Positions 1 to 11,116 of a stretch of 64,000 bases of DNA are shown here, piece after piece (position 1 is the first letter of the stretch; each line of letters begins with the position of its first letter). This stretch comes from Enoplolaimus lenunculus (lineage: Eukaryota), in assembly GCA_030248215.1 (NCBI GenBank), contig JASANG010000864.1, forward strand, positions 434,001 through 498,000, read 5' to 3'. The position numbers and the translations under genes were made by a program. The notes beneath the pieces were generated by a model, which was not told where the DNA came from, made no database searches, and saw nothing but the letters and a program-made list of their open reading frames with translations.

Positions 1-369
1 TATATGTTTATAGAATTGGTATGCAAACTATTGCGGTCTGATTCGTGTCAAAAATACAAAACACTTTTCGATTAATGAGAGAAAAATCGTTTATATTAAT
101 GTTTTAATAGGGTTTTGAAAAAGGTTCAAACGCGTTTACTACTCAGTAGCTTTTTTCTGCACTTTCGACTCGTTTTGTGAGTTGTCAGCTTGCAAAAAAA
201 GCCGTTTGAAAGATGTTGTTTAAAACACGAAAAGCGTTCAAAACAGCATTTTAATTTTGACACAATTGCTACCGCATCTTCTCTACTTTGTTGAACCTTT
301 AGCATTTACAATCGACTATAAAAGCTTGGCGTTCGAGCGCGAGGGGAAGTTAGTGTCCTCTGTGTTTAA

Positions 370-634
370 CCCTTACTCACATGAATATTTTCAATTTCAT
401 ATGAGATGTAATTTCATGGTAAAATTCGATCCACAGTGTCTCGGGTGGGAGGCGTTTACGATGACCACTCCGCTATAGGAGCTTGATGCTCGAGCGCGAG
501 GGGGCCCTCATGTCTTGTAGAGATTTTGCACTGCGCATATATGTTGAATTGCTAAACACTGCTCACAGTGCTTGTGTTGCTCGTATATTACTTGTATTTA
601 GTTGCTCATAGTATATACTCTATGAGTTAAAGGG
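370..634 (+). mobile_element. Family F piggyBac-like MITE
   Basis: TTAA|CCCTTACTCAC...AAAGGG|TAAA; body matches the 48950 copy. Confidence 0.8.
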
Positions 635-1098
635 TAAATAGCGCGGATTCAAAACTACAATGATACATCTAAAAAGCACTAAATGGGCGTTTGAATTTCA
701 GACCGCCATAATTTTGCGGTCGCATATGCAGCAAAGGGCACGTAGCGTTTAGACGTGATTTTCTAGTTACAACCGGACTCATGAAAAGTTCTTCGGGGCA
801 GGGGTATATACAAGTTTCGAGATAGAAAGGATATATGCTCTCATGAAATTTCTTGCAAAACAAAAGAAACATTTTGAACAAGATTTTTAAAAGGCCTGCT
901 GAAACCTTGAGGTAAATAGTTTTTCTTTAGAGCCGATTCGCTCCCACAATGAAATCCTTCCTGCGCCACTTGTACTGTGGTTGCTTTGTCTTTCTTCTTT
1001 TGATCTATATACTGTTTCTGTTCCGGGATTCCTGCAACGAAGTGCAATTCCTGTTGCTGTTCCTGTTCCGGCAAAATTTAGTTCCTGTTGAAACCGTG

Positions 1099-1180
1099 AT
1101 ATATACACACATACATATATACATATATATATTATACATATATATAAATATATATACATATATATTATACATATATATAA

Positions 1181-1225
<45 letters not shown>
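1099..1225. repeat. (TA)n-rich microsatellite
   Basis: Direct reading. Confidence 0.95.
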
Positions 1226-1227
<2 letters not shown>

Positions 1228-1567
1228 TAGTTAAAAGTTCAAACACTAATTCAGCAGCATAAACAGTGTATTTTATAAATTTCCTATAACTTTATTCAAT
1301 TATTTAATTATTTAATTTTAATTTTTTAAAATCAACAAAAATTACGGTTCGCAATAATCGCAGGTTAAAATTGGTCAATTTTTCATTTGCTCCGTTTTTT
1401 CCAGATCGCTCTCACGTTTATCTCTAACTTGTGTTACGGGGAATAAATTTGAATTACTGAATCCACTTCAGTGAACTGTTTAAAGTGTCTGCATTTACTA
1501 CAGTTTATCCGTTTGAAACGTGATGTTAACTTTCGATAGCATGCTATGTAGTGTTATATTGCGCATA

Positions 1568-2082
1568 CTGTAGTGACCCGAATCAAATGGAAGTAATCGT
1601 AGGGGATCCCCATTTTGAGTCCCAATCAATAGAACCTGTATCCGTAATAAGAGTCCGTAAGCGGATATAGTCTCTTAACCCTAATTATAGTCCGTAAATG
1701 TCAATTATCCCTAATTGTAGTGCGTAAATGACTTCAGGACCAAATAATTTGAGTTCGAAATTTTAAAGCGTACTGAAATTTTGAAAGTACATTCCTAAGT
1801 ATAGCTTTGCATTATCGCTCAAGCTATTGACATAAGACAAATACACGTTTAATTCAACGGATAGTTGCAATACCGAATATATCAGTAACGAAGAGCGGCG
1901 GGGAGCGGGTTAAAAATAAATAATCTGTAACCGAAGAACATGTCGGAACCCTCTTTAGAGGCCAAACAAATATACGTCCCCAGTCTTGTTCGGGTTGTCA
2001 GTCTAGGTTGGAACTGAGGGACATCAGACCTTTCTACTAAGCAGCTGGAAAAACCATGCAGTTCTGACACGGGTCACTACAG
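1568..2082 (+). mobile_element. Family C non-autonomous element (TA-flanked, TIR CTGTAGTGACCCGAATAAGAGG; Tc1/mariner-like)
   Basis: TA|CTGTAGTGACCCG...CGGGTCACTACAG|TA; body shared with the other copies. Confidence 0.8.
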
Positions 2083-2304
2083 TATAATTCAAACCATGAA
2101 CCTAAAGAAAGACAAAAGATTAATGTGAAGTAAGGACTCAGCTTTAGGGTGGCGTTATACTAGTCATGCAACGCCGTCCGTCACCATACGGTATCGCACG
2201 TTACTAATTCAAGTACGATACCGCACGTGATGGACGGTGTTGAACGTTATCAAAAATATAGCGCCACCCTAAGTCTGCCAAAAGGATTGACCTCTACTGA
2301 TCAT

Positions 2305-2690
2305 TCAACGTCTAAATTTGAATTTTTGAAAAATCCGATTTTTAACATCACAAGGTCGCCCAGGACCCGGAAAAAATTTTTGTCAAAAAGTTTGCCAAGT
2401 TATGTACCATTCGATGCAACTTGCAGAGCTGAATTGATTTGTGTTAAATTTTCCGTAATTAGACGATTGTTTAACGAATCATGATCAAATAACTGATTTG
2501 GCGCCGTCCCAAATCGTTAGCAGCGCGCCAAATCAGTTATTTGACAATAACTTGTTAACGAATCGCATGATTGCGTAAAGTTTAACACCGTTCGACTCAG
2601 CTCCGCAAGCTTCGTCGAATGGTATATAAATTGTTACAAGGGAGATATTATGAAGCTCAAATATGCAAGATTTTTTAAATCCAACGATCT
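2305..2690. repeat. Long imperfect palindrome (foldback-type element), centre ~2515
   Basis: TCAAATAACTGATTTGGCGC / GCGCCAAATCAGTTATTTGA and TACCATTCGA..CTTGC.GAGCTGA / TCAGCTC.GCAAG..TCGAATGGTA arms. Confidence 0.75.
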
Positions 2691-3668
2691 TTGGGCAAAC
2701 GCGGGCATGGGAAGATAACGGAAAAGACCCCAAGGAAGAATAGTTTAAAGAATTACACTAAACATATTGACTATAAATGTACATCGGCGTACTGATAACA
2801 ACTACTTTAGTCGTTTTTTGTAATTTACAGAAAAGTTCTATACTAAAATACAGCTGATCTGCCACAATAAGCTTCTATTATCACTGATGCTAGAAATAAA
2901 CAGAAATAAACAGTCCCATCGGTATTTGTTGAAAAAATATTAGCATTCTGTATTAAAATTGTTAAACTATGTACACGAAATTGATAAGCTGAAAGTGAAC
3001 GAATGCCAAAAAACCAGGAAACGGAAAACGGATATTTAAGTATAACATTTTTTAGTGAAAAAATCATACTATTGGGGGTGATTTTACGTACACCCCGTTG
3101 GAACTAATAAAAGTGACCTATTCTAAACATCTCGGCGAGCTGAGTTCACCGGGTAACGCTATGTCGTCAATATTGGACGGTTTGCGGTTAAACTGTTTTA
3201 TTGCTTAATCCTGAAGATTTAAAGGATACAATTTAATCAGTCATTTATGTTGACAATCCCGTGTTTACTTTTAAAGTTTCTCACGCGGTTGCTTTGCAAA
3301 CTATTTCCATGTAAATGCCGATATCTGCTACGGACACTCGTCAGAAATTTTTTTGTGATAAAATGGTATAACGTTCCGATCTTACATTTTCCCTCTCAGA
3401 AAATTTGAAATATATAGCATACAGTAAAAATTGCATTTCTTAACATTTGTCAGCCCGCTTGTCGTCAGCAGTTTCTCGATCTGCCGCTGGGGGTAAATCC
3501 AAAATTTGCCGCTGGCTAAGGACACTTTTTTCCAACTCTACTAATTTTATGCGCACTTCAATAAAATTTTTGACATTGTAAAAATAACGAATTCCGGCGG
3601 GACGGCAAAGTTCTTGAACACGCGATGTACCTACAGCATTGTTCCAAGTATTTAGCTACAAACCACAT

Positions 3669-3897
3669 TGCCAATGTTAATTTAAAGGTCGTAACAGTAG
3701 ATTAAGCGTATTCCTAAGCCTAAGCCTAAGCCTAAGCGTTGCAAAATAAATTCCTAAGCCTAAGCCTAAGCCTAAGCGTTGCAAAAATAAATTCCTAAGC
3801 CTAAGCCTAAGCCTAACAAAAAATGTAATCTAGAATCTAAACCTACTATTTTATAGACCCACCACAAGCCTGGACGCCCCTTATAGTAACATCCGCC
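3669..3897 (+). mobile_element. MITE family B
   Basis: TSD AACCACAT/AAACACAT; GCCTAA runs. Confidence 0.8.
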
Positions 3898-6269
3898 AAA
3901 CACATCATGAGCACCGTTCGTGATATTGCCGTTAGAACCGTCCCAATTCTCGGTTGGACTACAACAAGTAGATTCAGTTTTTAGAGTATATTTTTTGCTC
4001 AGGCTTAGTGCTTAGGAATTTGCTTAACTTGCAGTGACGGACCTTAAACTAACTTTGGCCGTAAGCATTATAGCTAAACAAATTGAATCGTTTATTTAAG
4101 CACGGTACGTCTGACAGGGCAGTTACATCCTCATTTTGTTTCGACCGGCCGCTAGTAGAAATAGCTTGGCACTTTCAGTGTTTCACATAAAATTCCCAAA
4201 AATTCGGCCACATCGAATCTGATTCGCGGACTCATGAAGATATGTATTTTTTCTCGCGAAAATGAAGAATATTTCTCGTTTTCATCGGATTTTCACGCGG
4301 AATTATTTGACGCAAAATTTATTTGAAAAAAAAACTTTTGAAAAATAATAATTTTTTATTCTTTTTGAGTTAATTTTCACTTTCTACTGATTTGACTTGC
4401 TGTCTCTGACAGTTATCAGACAGCACCTATTGTTTGTGGGCGGCTGCGAAGGGGCCAAGCAAACAGACTCGCAGAAATTGTAGGGAAGTTTTGTTGAGGT
4501 ATACAGTTTGCTGTAAGGCAGGGACCTGTTCTGGACCTCGGTTCTGGTAAGTATAATTAGGTCTATAAAAATTTTTTGACCTCTAAAATCCATAAACTTA
4601 TTAAAAATTTGTTAAAACTGCTTATTTTCTTGTCTCTCCATAAACTTTGGAACGCATAATCTCCTTCATTCTGTGTACGCCCCTAGCCGTAGCTATGACC
4701 AAGTTGAATAGCGAACTATTGTATCGCGATTGGTGTTTGTTATCTGTGATTTTGCGAATAACGAAAAATCTTAAAATTTGTGTTGAAGTTTTTAATTCAA
4801 TAAAAATTAATGTTTTTTTCCTGAAAAAATGAAAAACTTATTTATTGTTTACTGGTTTATTACAAGAATGAAAAAAAAGATTATTCCGATAGCGAATTTA
4901 AGATGCGCTTTGAAATAAATTTGAAGTATTTACAAAGAGATGGCTTTATTCGTCGGTTTCAGATGAGTTGGTTTTGAATGATATTTGAATTGTGGTGTTA
5001 TTGGTTGAAATTTTAAAATCAAATAAAAAACATTTTCGGTGAAATTTCGTGACAACTTCAAATAGTTGTAAGATTGCCAGAGTTTCAGTTAACGCGGTAG
5101 TGTTTAATGCTTTGTCAGTGGTGGATTCAGCAAATTTCTAATGGGAAAAGCTGCGCGATATAGAATACTGAAGGCCAAACGCAATTTTAGTACTAGGTTT
5201 TAGCACATAATTTCGCTTCTAATCCCTGTTGGTGGGGGGGCTTAGACTGAGTGATCCTCAGGAATCGCCAATGTCCTTGTTTACGATTTTTAACCATCAA
5301 ATAATGTTTAGTTGAACAGTAATTATTAATTGAAATTCCAGCTTTGTGTCAAAAATGAGAGAATACGACCAACTTGTACTGAGGTGTTCTAACCTCAAGC
5401 AATCAAAATTTTTGCAGCGGCTTACACTTTACCCAAATAGCAAAATCAGGCTCTTGTACACTTTCCTTTTAGGCTTAGATTTTAGTCAAAGGCCCAGGGT
5501 TATGCTTACGTGTTGAAAAAAGCTTATCTAAGCCTTTGTTTAAAGCCTAAGCCTAAACATTAAATGCGTGCGAAAATGTATACAAGGACCGAAAATCAGA
5601 CTGGTTGCAAAACGTTTGCTGCAGTTTATGACCGAATTCATAAATATCACTAGCATCTGTTTCCTTCGGATCGTTTAACGGAACACGACAGGGTACAGCT
5701 GGACGTCTGTGTCCGGCTCCTGTAGAATTTTTGCCCGAGGTTCCGGTAAGTTCGGTAGTTGGATTTTACACAGTTTTACGAAATTTATCTGTTTGGCGCG
5801 AATCGGTTTAACTTTTGAGTCAATTTTGAACAAGGATTCGCCAAGATGTCGTAAAAAATAAGCGCAAAACCAAACAAAACCACAGTACATATTTGCTAAA
5901 ATTAACAAATTAAACATCATTGTAACTATATAAAACTACGCCTCACCTCCGGCTCAAGCAGGTTTTGTTGACCTGCTCTTGCTCCAGTATTTTTTACCTG
6001 CGGTGGCTCCCTGGGACACGGAGGGTATGTGATTCGAAATTAACTGGTGAACTCTAGTCGTTGCGCTAGAGAGGCATACCCATGGTGGTCATGGTGGTCA
6101 TATTTAGGGCCTAAAACAGCTTTAAAGGTATATGTTTGCTAATTATTAAATGTTAGCTCAAATTTTACCTTTACACAGAAATATATATTCACACAAAAAT
6201 ATCTAATAGTTGGCTTGCGTTTTGGTCTCAATCATTTTCGAACAGAGCGCAGATCAAATTAGAAATTCG

Positions 6270-6459
6270 GGCCAATGTTACTTTAAGGGTCGTAACAGTA
6301 GATTAAGTGTATTCCCAAGAATAACCATAAACCTTAGTGTGCAAAAACGTGTTGCTAAGCCTAAGCCTAACCCTAAGCGAAAAAATGTAATCTAGAATCT
6401 AAACCTACTGTTTTATAGATCCACCAGAAACCTGGACGCCTCTTAAAGTAACGTGGGCC
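6270..6459 (+). mobile_element. MITE family B
   Basis: TIRs; degenerate TSD GAAATTCG/GGAAGTCG. Confidence 0.8.
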
Positions 6460-6958
6460 GGAAGTCGTATAAAATATAATCCGTTTGATAAATTCTTTGT
6501 TTGTTTGCAAGCTCGAAGCCAACGGTTTTGAATTAGGGGCCACACTATTCAGTATCGGGCACTGATGCCATTTAGGTTCATAGCTCTCAAGCGGTCTTAG
6601 AACGACCCACAGGATTTGTCCGTTGAGTTCATCGTGTTTATGACCAAAGTAAATATTCCGAAAAAATTTGATAGAGGAATTAAAGAATTTTAAAATATTT
6701 AAAACACAGTTTGCGAACGAAAATTTCGTTTTCAAACCGCCTGAGGGTGCTTGAAACCGTTGTGGTACTTGAACTTTTCATAACGAGACAGAAAAACAAC
6801 GTTTCAGTGAAATACTGTTTACTTAATTTGGTTTTTGTTTCAGTAAACGTGATATTTTGAACAGTTTTGGCTTTTTAGAGAATGTTTCAAATTGTAGTAT
6901 ATGCAAATTGAAAGTATAATTTGAAAATAATTATTTTGAACGCATAAACCTGATTTTA

Positions 6959-7335
6959 GGGTCGCGCTATACTTTTCTGTACTGTAAATCACGGTGTCGG
7001 ACGGCGTTTGCACGTCAGAAAAAATTTGTCTAAATATTCACGCCCAATGTTACTTTTAGGGGCGTGATTGAGCATATTCGTAAGCCTAAGCCTAAGCCTA
7101 AGCTTTTCAAAACTGTGTTCCTAAGCCTAAGTCTAAGCAAAAAAATGAGATCTAGAATCTAAACCTACTCATTTATAGACCCAAAAGAAACCTGGACGCA
7201 CCTTAAAGTAACACGGGCCAATAATGTTGTTCCATGCGGCAATAAACGTGCATTGTGGTACAGTGATGAACGGCACTGAACAGCGCCCGTCGGTGACGGA
7301 TGACGCCGGACGTCATCAAAAGTATACCGCCACCC
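6959..7335. mobile_element. Family G MITE with nested family B MITE (~7042-7219)
   Basis: TTA|GGGTCGCGCTATAC...GTATACCGCCACCC|TTA. Confidence 0.75.
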
Positions 7336-8344
7336 TTACTCTATTGCCCGTGTTAAATATAGGGACCTGTCCAATAGAGACTTATGGGTCTTAGGAGGTC
7401 TAGCTTTAGGCTTTTCCTAAACAACAGGCTCAGACTTAGGCTTACGGTTGAGCTTAGTATCAAGATTAAGCTTACTCAAATGGCGTTAATATTTAAGATG
7501 GGCCGTTACTGTAGTAAACTAGAACAACGATTTTCTTCAAAGAGACGCCCGAAAACTTGAAAATCACTTGCGTCTTAGGCGTTGTTACCAGATTATAATG
7601 AAGAATTATGCAATCAAATTTCTTGTAGAATTAAAGATTTTGACAAATCCACAACATTGTTTGGAACAGCCTAAAAGCTCAGCTTGGATTCGAAAATACG
7701 CTCTGAATTTATGATAGTTCTTAAAGATATAGCCTTGCAGTTAATCTTTCCGATAAATTCGACTATCAGCGTTGGTGTTTGTTTACATTTTTGATTTAAA
7801 ATAATGGCGAATTTGAGACATTTTCGTTGAAAGTTTCGTTTCAATGTTGTCATGTGCTCGCACTTAACGAACTACTTCAGAACTACGGTGTTTCATTACC
7901 CTTTAAACTTGAGTTAATTCAAGTTTGCTCATTGAACCGCAACATAAATAAAACAACACAGTTTTCTATTTTATCTTCTATATCTGGTTATGTTTATTTA
8001 TTTTTCAAAATTTTTTACATATTCTTTGTTTGTTTGTTTGTTTGTTTGTTTCTTTGTTTATTGGTTTGTTTATCTATTTCGTTATTTGTTTATACGTTTG
8101 TTTATTTTTTTACCGTTTTGTTTTCACTTATTGTTGAAACAACAGCTTTCGAGGATATTGTAGCATTGAAATGCAAAACAATTATCAAATGCAACTCTAA
8201 AATATTGTTTTGTCATTTAGGAAAGGATCGAAATCTGCGTCCCAATCTCCATGTGATTACACTCAGAATTGTAGCCAGCTCAGCCTTGCTAGAAGGATTT
8301 TGGCCTATTAATTGTCAACCTCACTTCTAAGTCTTCGAAAAATC

Positions 8345-8790
8345 CTTGTATGCCCTTCTGAACAATGTTTAGCCTTCCCCCTTAAAGGAAACCTATGGTC
8401 CGTCAGGTAATGACTGGAGAATTCGTTAATAGGTTTAGCGTCGTCATAAACGCTTGTATGCCCTTCTGAAAAATGTTTAGCCTTCCCCCTTAAAGGTAAC
8501 CTATGGCCCGTCAGGTAATGACTGGAGAATTCGTTAATAGGTTTAGCGTCGTCATAAACGCTTGTATGCCCTTCTGAAAAATGTTTAGCCTTCCCCCTTA
8601 AAGGTAACCTATGGTCCGTCAGGTAATGACTGGAGAATTCGTTAATAGGTTTAGCGTCGTCATAAACCCTTGTATGCCCTTCTGAAAAATGTTTAGCCTT
8701 CCTCCTTAAAGGTAACCTATGGTCCGTCAGGTAATGACTGGAGAATTCGTTAATAGGTTTAGCGTCGTCATAAACCCTTGTATGCTCTTC
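8345..8790 (+). repeat. 108-bp tandem repeat (~4 copies) inside a family E-related element (~8270-8836)
   Basis: Unit starts CTTGTATGCCCTTCTG at 8345, 8453, 8561, 8669, with a partial at 8777. Confidence 0.95.
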
Positions 8791-9037
8791 GTTGAAAAAT
8801 GTTTACCTCACCCTAGCAAGGTGAGCTGGCTACGGTACTGGTTACATGTAAGCCAACTGCAGTTCAGCTCCAATTGGCCCTGAGTCAGGTTGCTGAAAAT
8901 TGAACGCATTTTGATATTTGCATTTCTATACATTTCAAGGTATTAGCTAAGTATGTCATTGGCGTAGCTAGGATTTCAAATTGGTAGGGTATAATGTCAT
9001 TAAAGAATTTTTTACCTCCAGGATCCATAAATATTAT

Positions 9038-9216
9038 GGTCCATGTAAAAATCAGGGGTGGAACGTTTTTCTGTGGGACTGGAAAAGAGTAATCTTAAGC
9101 TTTACATTATTTTTTGCTTGGCTTAGGCTTACGTTTAGGAATATGCTCATTCTTACTCTTAGGTTTAGGCTGAGGCCAAAGCGTAGCCTTAGGAATATGC
9201 TTATAATACTGTTCCG
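9038..9216 (-). mobile_element. MITE family A (truncated)
   Basis: GGTCCATGTAAAAATCAGGGGTGGAAC end plus family body. Confidence 0.7.
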
Positions 9217-10204
9217 ATTGGTCAATCGGAATGTTCCTTTAAAAACACTTGCCGCTGCAAGTATTTCATGCAAGTTGCAGCTGCAAGTTCTCGCTACAAA
9301 AACTGCCACATTTGAATGGGGCTTCATGTACACTTTAAATATTAAGCAAATAAATAATTGACAATTTGAATTCGGCTAATGTGCAAACTAAAACGAGCTA
9401 TGTTTTCGTAGACTAATTTACAAGTGTGATTAAGCTTATATATTAAATTTTACCACGAAAATGTTTCGAAGTGGCCACAAGATGTCTTCTAGGAGTTTAA
9501 ACATCGGATTTATCTAATAAGCTGGTATGGCGTGCCAGAAAAACGTAAATATTTTGTTACAAAATGTAAGTCAATAACATACCCATACACAAGCCCTAAT
9601 TTGACCGCTTTGCGAACGCTTAATGGTGCAAAATAAATTACAATAGTACACTCAAGGTTTGAATAGTTTACTGCGGTATAAATAATATTTTGCCACAAAG
9701 TTTCGTTTCTTCCTTCTGATGTTTCCGGTTTTTTAACATCTTGTGTGCAACGGTAAAATCTGATTGGTTCAACTACTCACCAGAATATAGTCTAAGTTGA
9801 AACTATACGATGCTGCGCGACGCCTATTTGAAGTGGTGCCCAAAGTTAAGGGCATCGCCGTTAGGAGCGTTCGGCCATCTTGCATTCGAGTCACGCGTTC
9901 TACCCCCACACTACGCGGACGATTTGGAACAAATTATAATATTCCGGTATATGTGCACGTGTATGGCAAATTTTTTTGCTTGACATACAGTGACGGTGCG
10001 CGTATATTCATCGACAGATATCATAACAATTCGTCGCCCAGCAACTTGTAATCCGAAATTAAATCGACCGTCATTATGCTCATTCGTATACTTAGACCTA
10101 GGATAACGTTTAGGATACCGCTTAGATTTGTTTATTAGGTTTTAGGACACTGTTGGGCGACAAGTTGTCTGGTGGCGAACTGTCGATGATTGATGCCGAC
10201 TGTA

Positions 10205-10448
10205 CACTCAAAATAATATTTCTGATATTTAAGAAAAAATTTCTTACATTTAAGAAATATAATTAGCAAGGTGCACTTGAAAAGTATTTCTGTTATAACA
10301 GAAATGTTTTCAAAAAACGTTTTGAAATAATGTCTGAAAATAAACGTTTTCCAGTTATTTTCAGAAAAATTGTCTTAAATATCAGCAAAACTTTTCAGGT
10401 TAGCCACAGAAAACACTTTTCTGAATAAATTCAGAAATACTTTTTGTG
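10205..10448 (+). repeat. Dispersed ~245-bp AT-rich repeat (second copy reversed at ~32155-32402)
   Basis: High-identity reverse-complement match; CAC...GTG ends flanked by TA. Confidence 0.8.
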
Positions 10449-10651
10449 TATGTATACATCAAATTTGTAGCAGTGTTTATTTATTAACCACCGTACGATT
10501 TTTAAACATACCCCATGTGATTTTTACTTAAAATAATTTAAAAGTAATGAAATAAATGTTTAATACTGTTAATAATCCAATCCATACAGTCAAACTTAAA
10601 AAAAAGTTTCTCAACCTAAACTGGTAAAGTTTAAATTATTTTAACTCAACA

Positions 10652-10717
10652 ATGAAACCGTTACGGCGTGGAATCAATTGGGCAACTTATCAGTCGTTGA
10701 TGAGACTGCTATTTCAA
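10652..10717 (+). CDS. Cuticlin exon 1 (putative first coding exon, [22 protein letters not shown])
   Basis: ATG at 10652, open to a strong donor CAA|GTAAGT; phase 0 matches exon 2. Signal-peptide character is only modest. Confidence 0.6.
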
Positions 10718-11029
10718 GTAAGTTTCTAGGGCCGTAACTACGGCGCGGAGGCGATCAGGGGACGCCACCCGTCCCGTCGTATTCTCTTAATTACTTCAAA
10801 AATTGTTTCACTGCATTAATATAATATCATATTACGGAAATTGCATTAATTCTTCTATTAATCTGCTTTCATCTTCGACTTTTACTGTTCCTGCTTGCGG
10901 TGCTAAAAATAACGTTTGTATAATTTGAATCAGTTAGGTTCGTTTTTGAAAATTAGATATAATATATGTAAATATGAATATGGATATGTATTAATTTATA
11001 TATGTAAATATGAATATGGATATGTAATA

Positions 11030-11116
<87 letters not shown>

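Noticed and set aside
887..1246. YIYIYI ORFs (also 10916-11180) and the poly-I ORF at 26071
   Set aside because: Microsatellite translations
8345..8790. Regularly spaced repeats that might suggest a CRISPR array (also the MITE-internal arrays)
   Set aside because: Whole units are identical with no unique spacers, no cas genes, eukaryotic context
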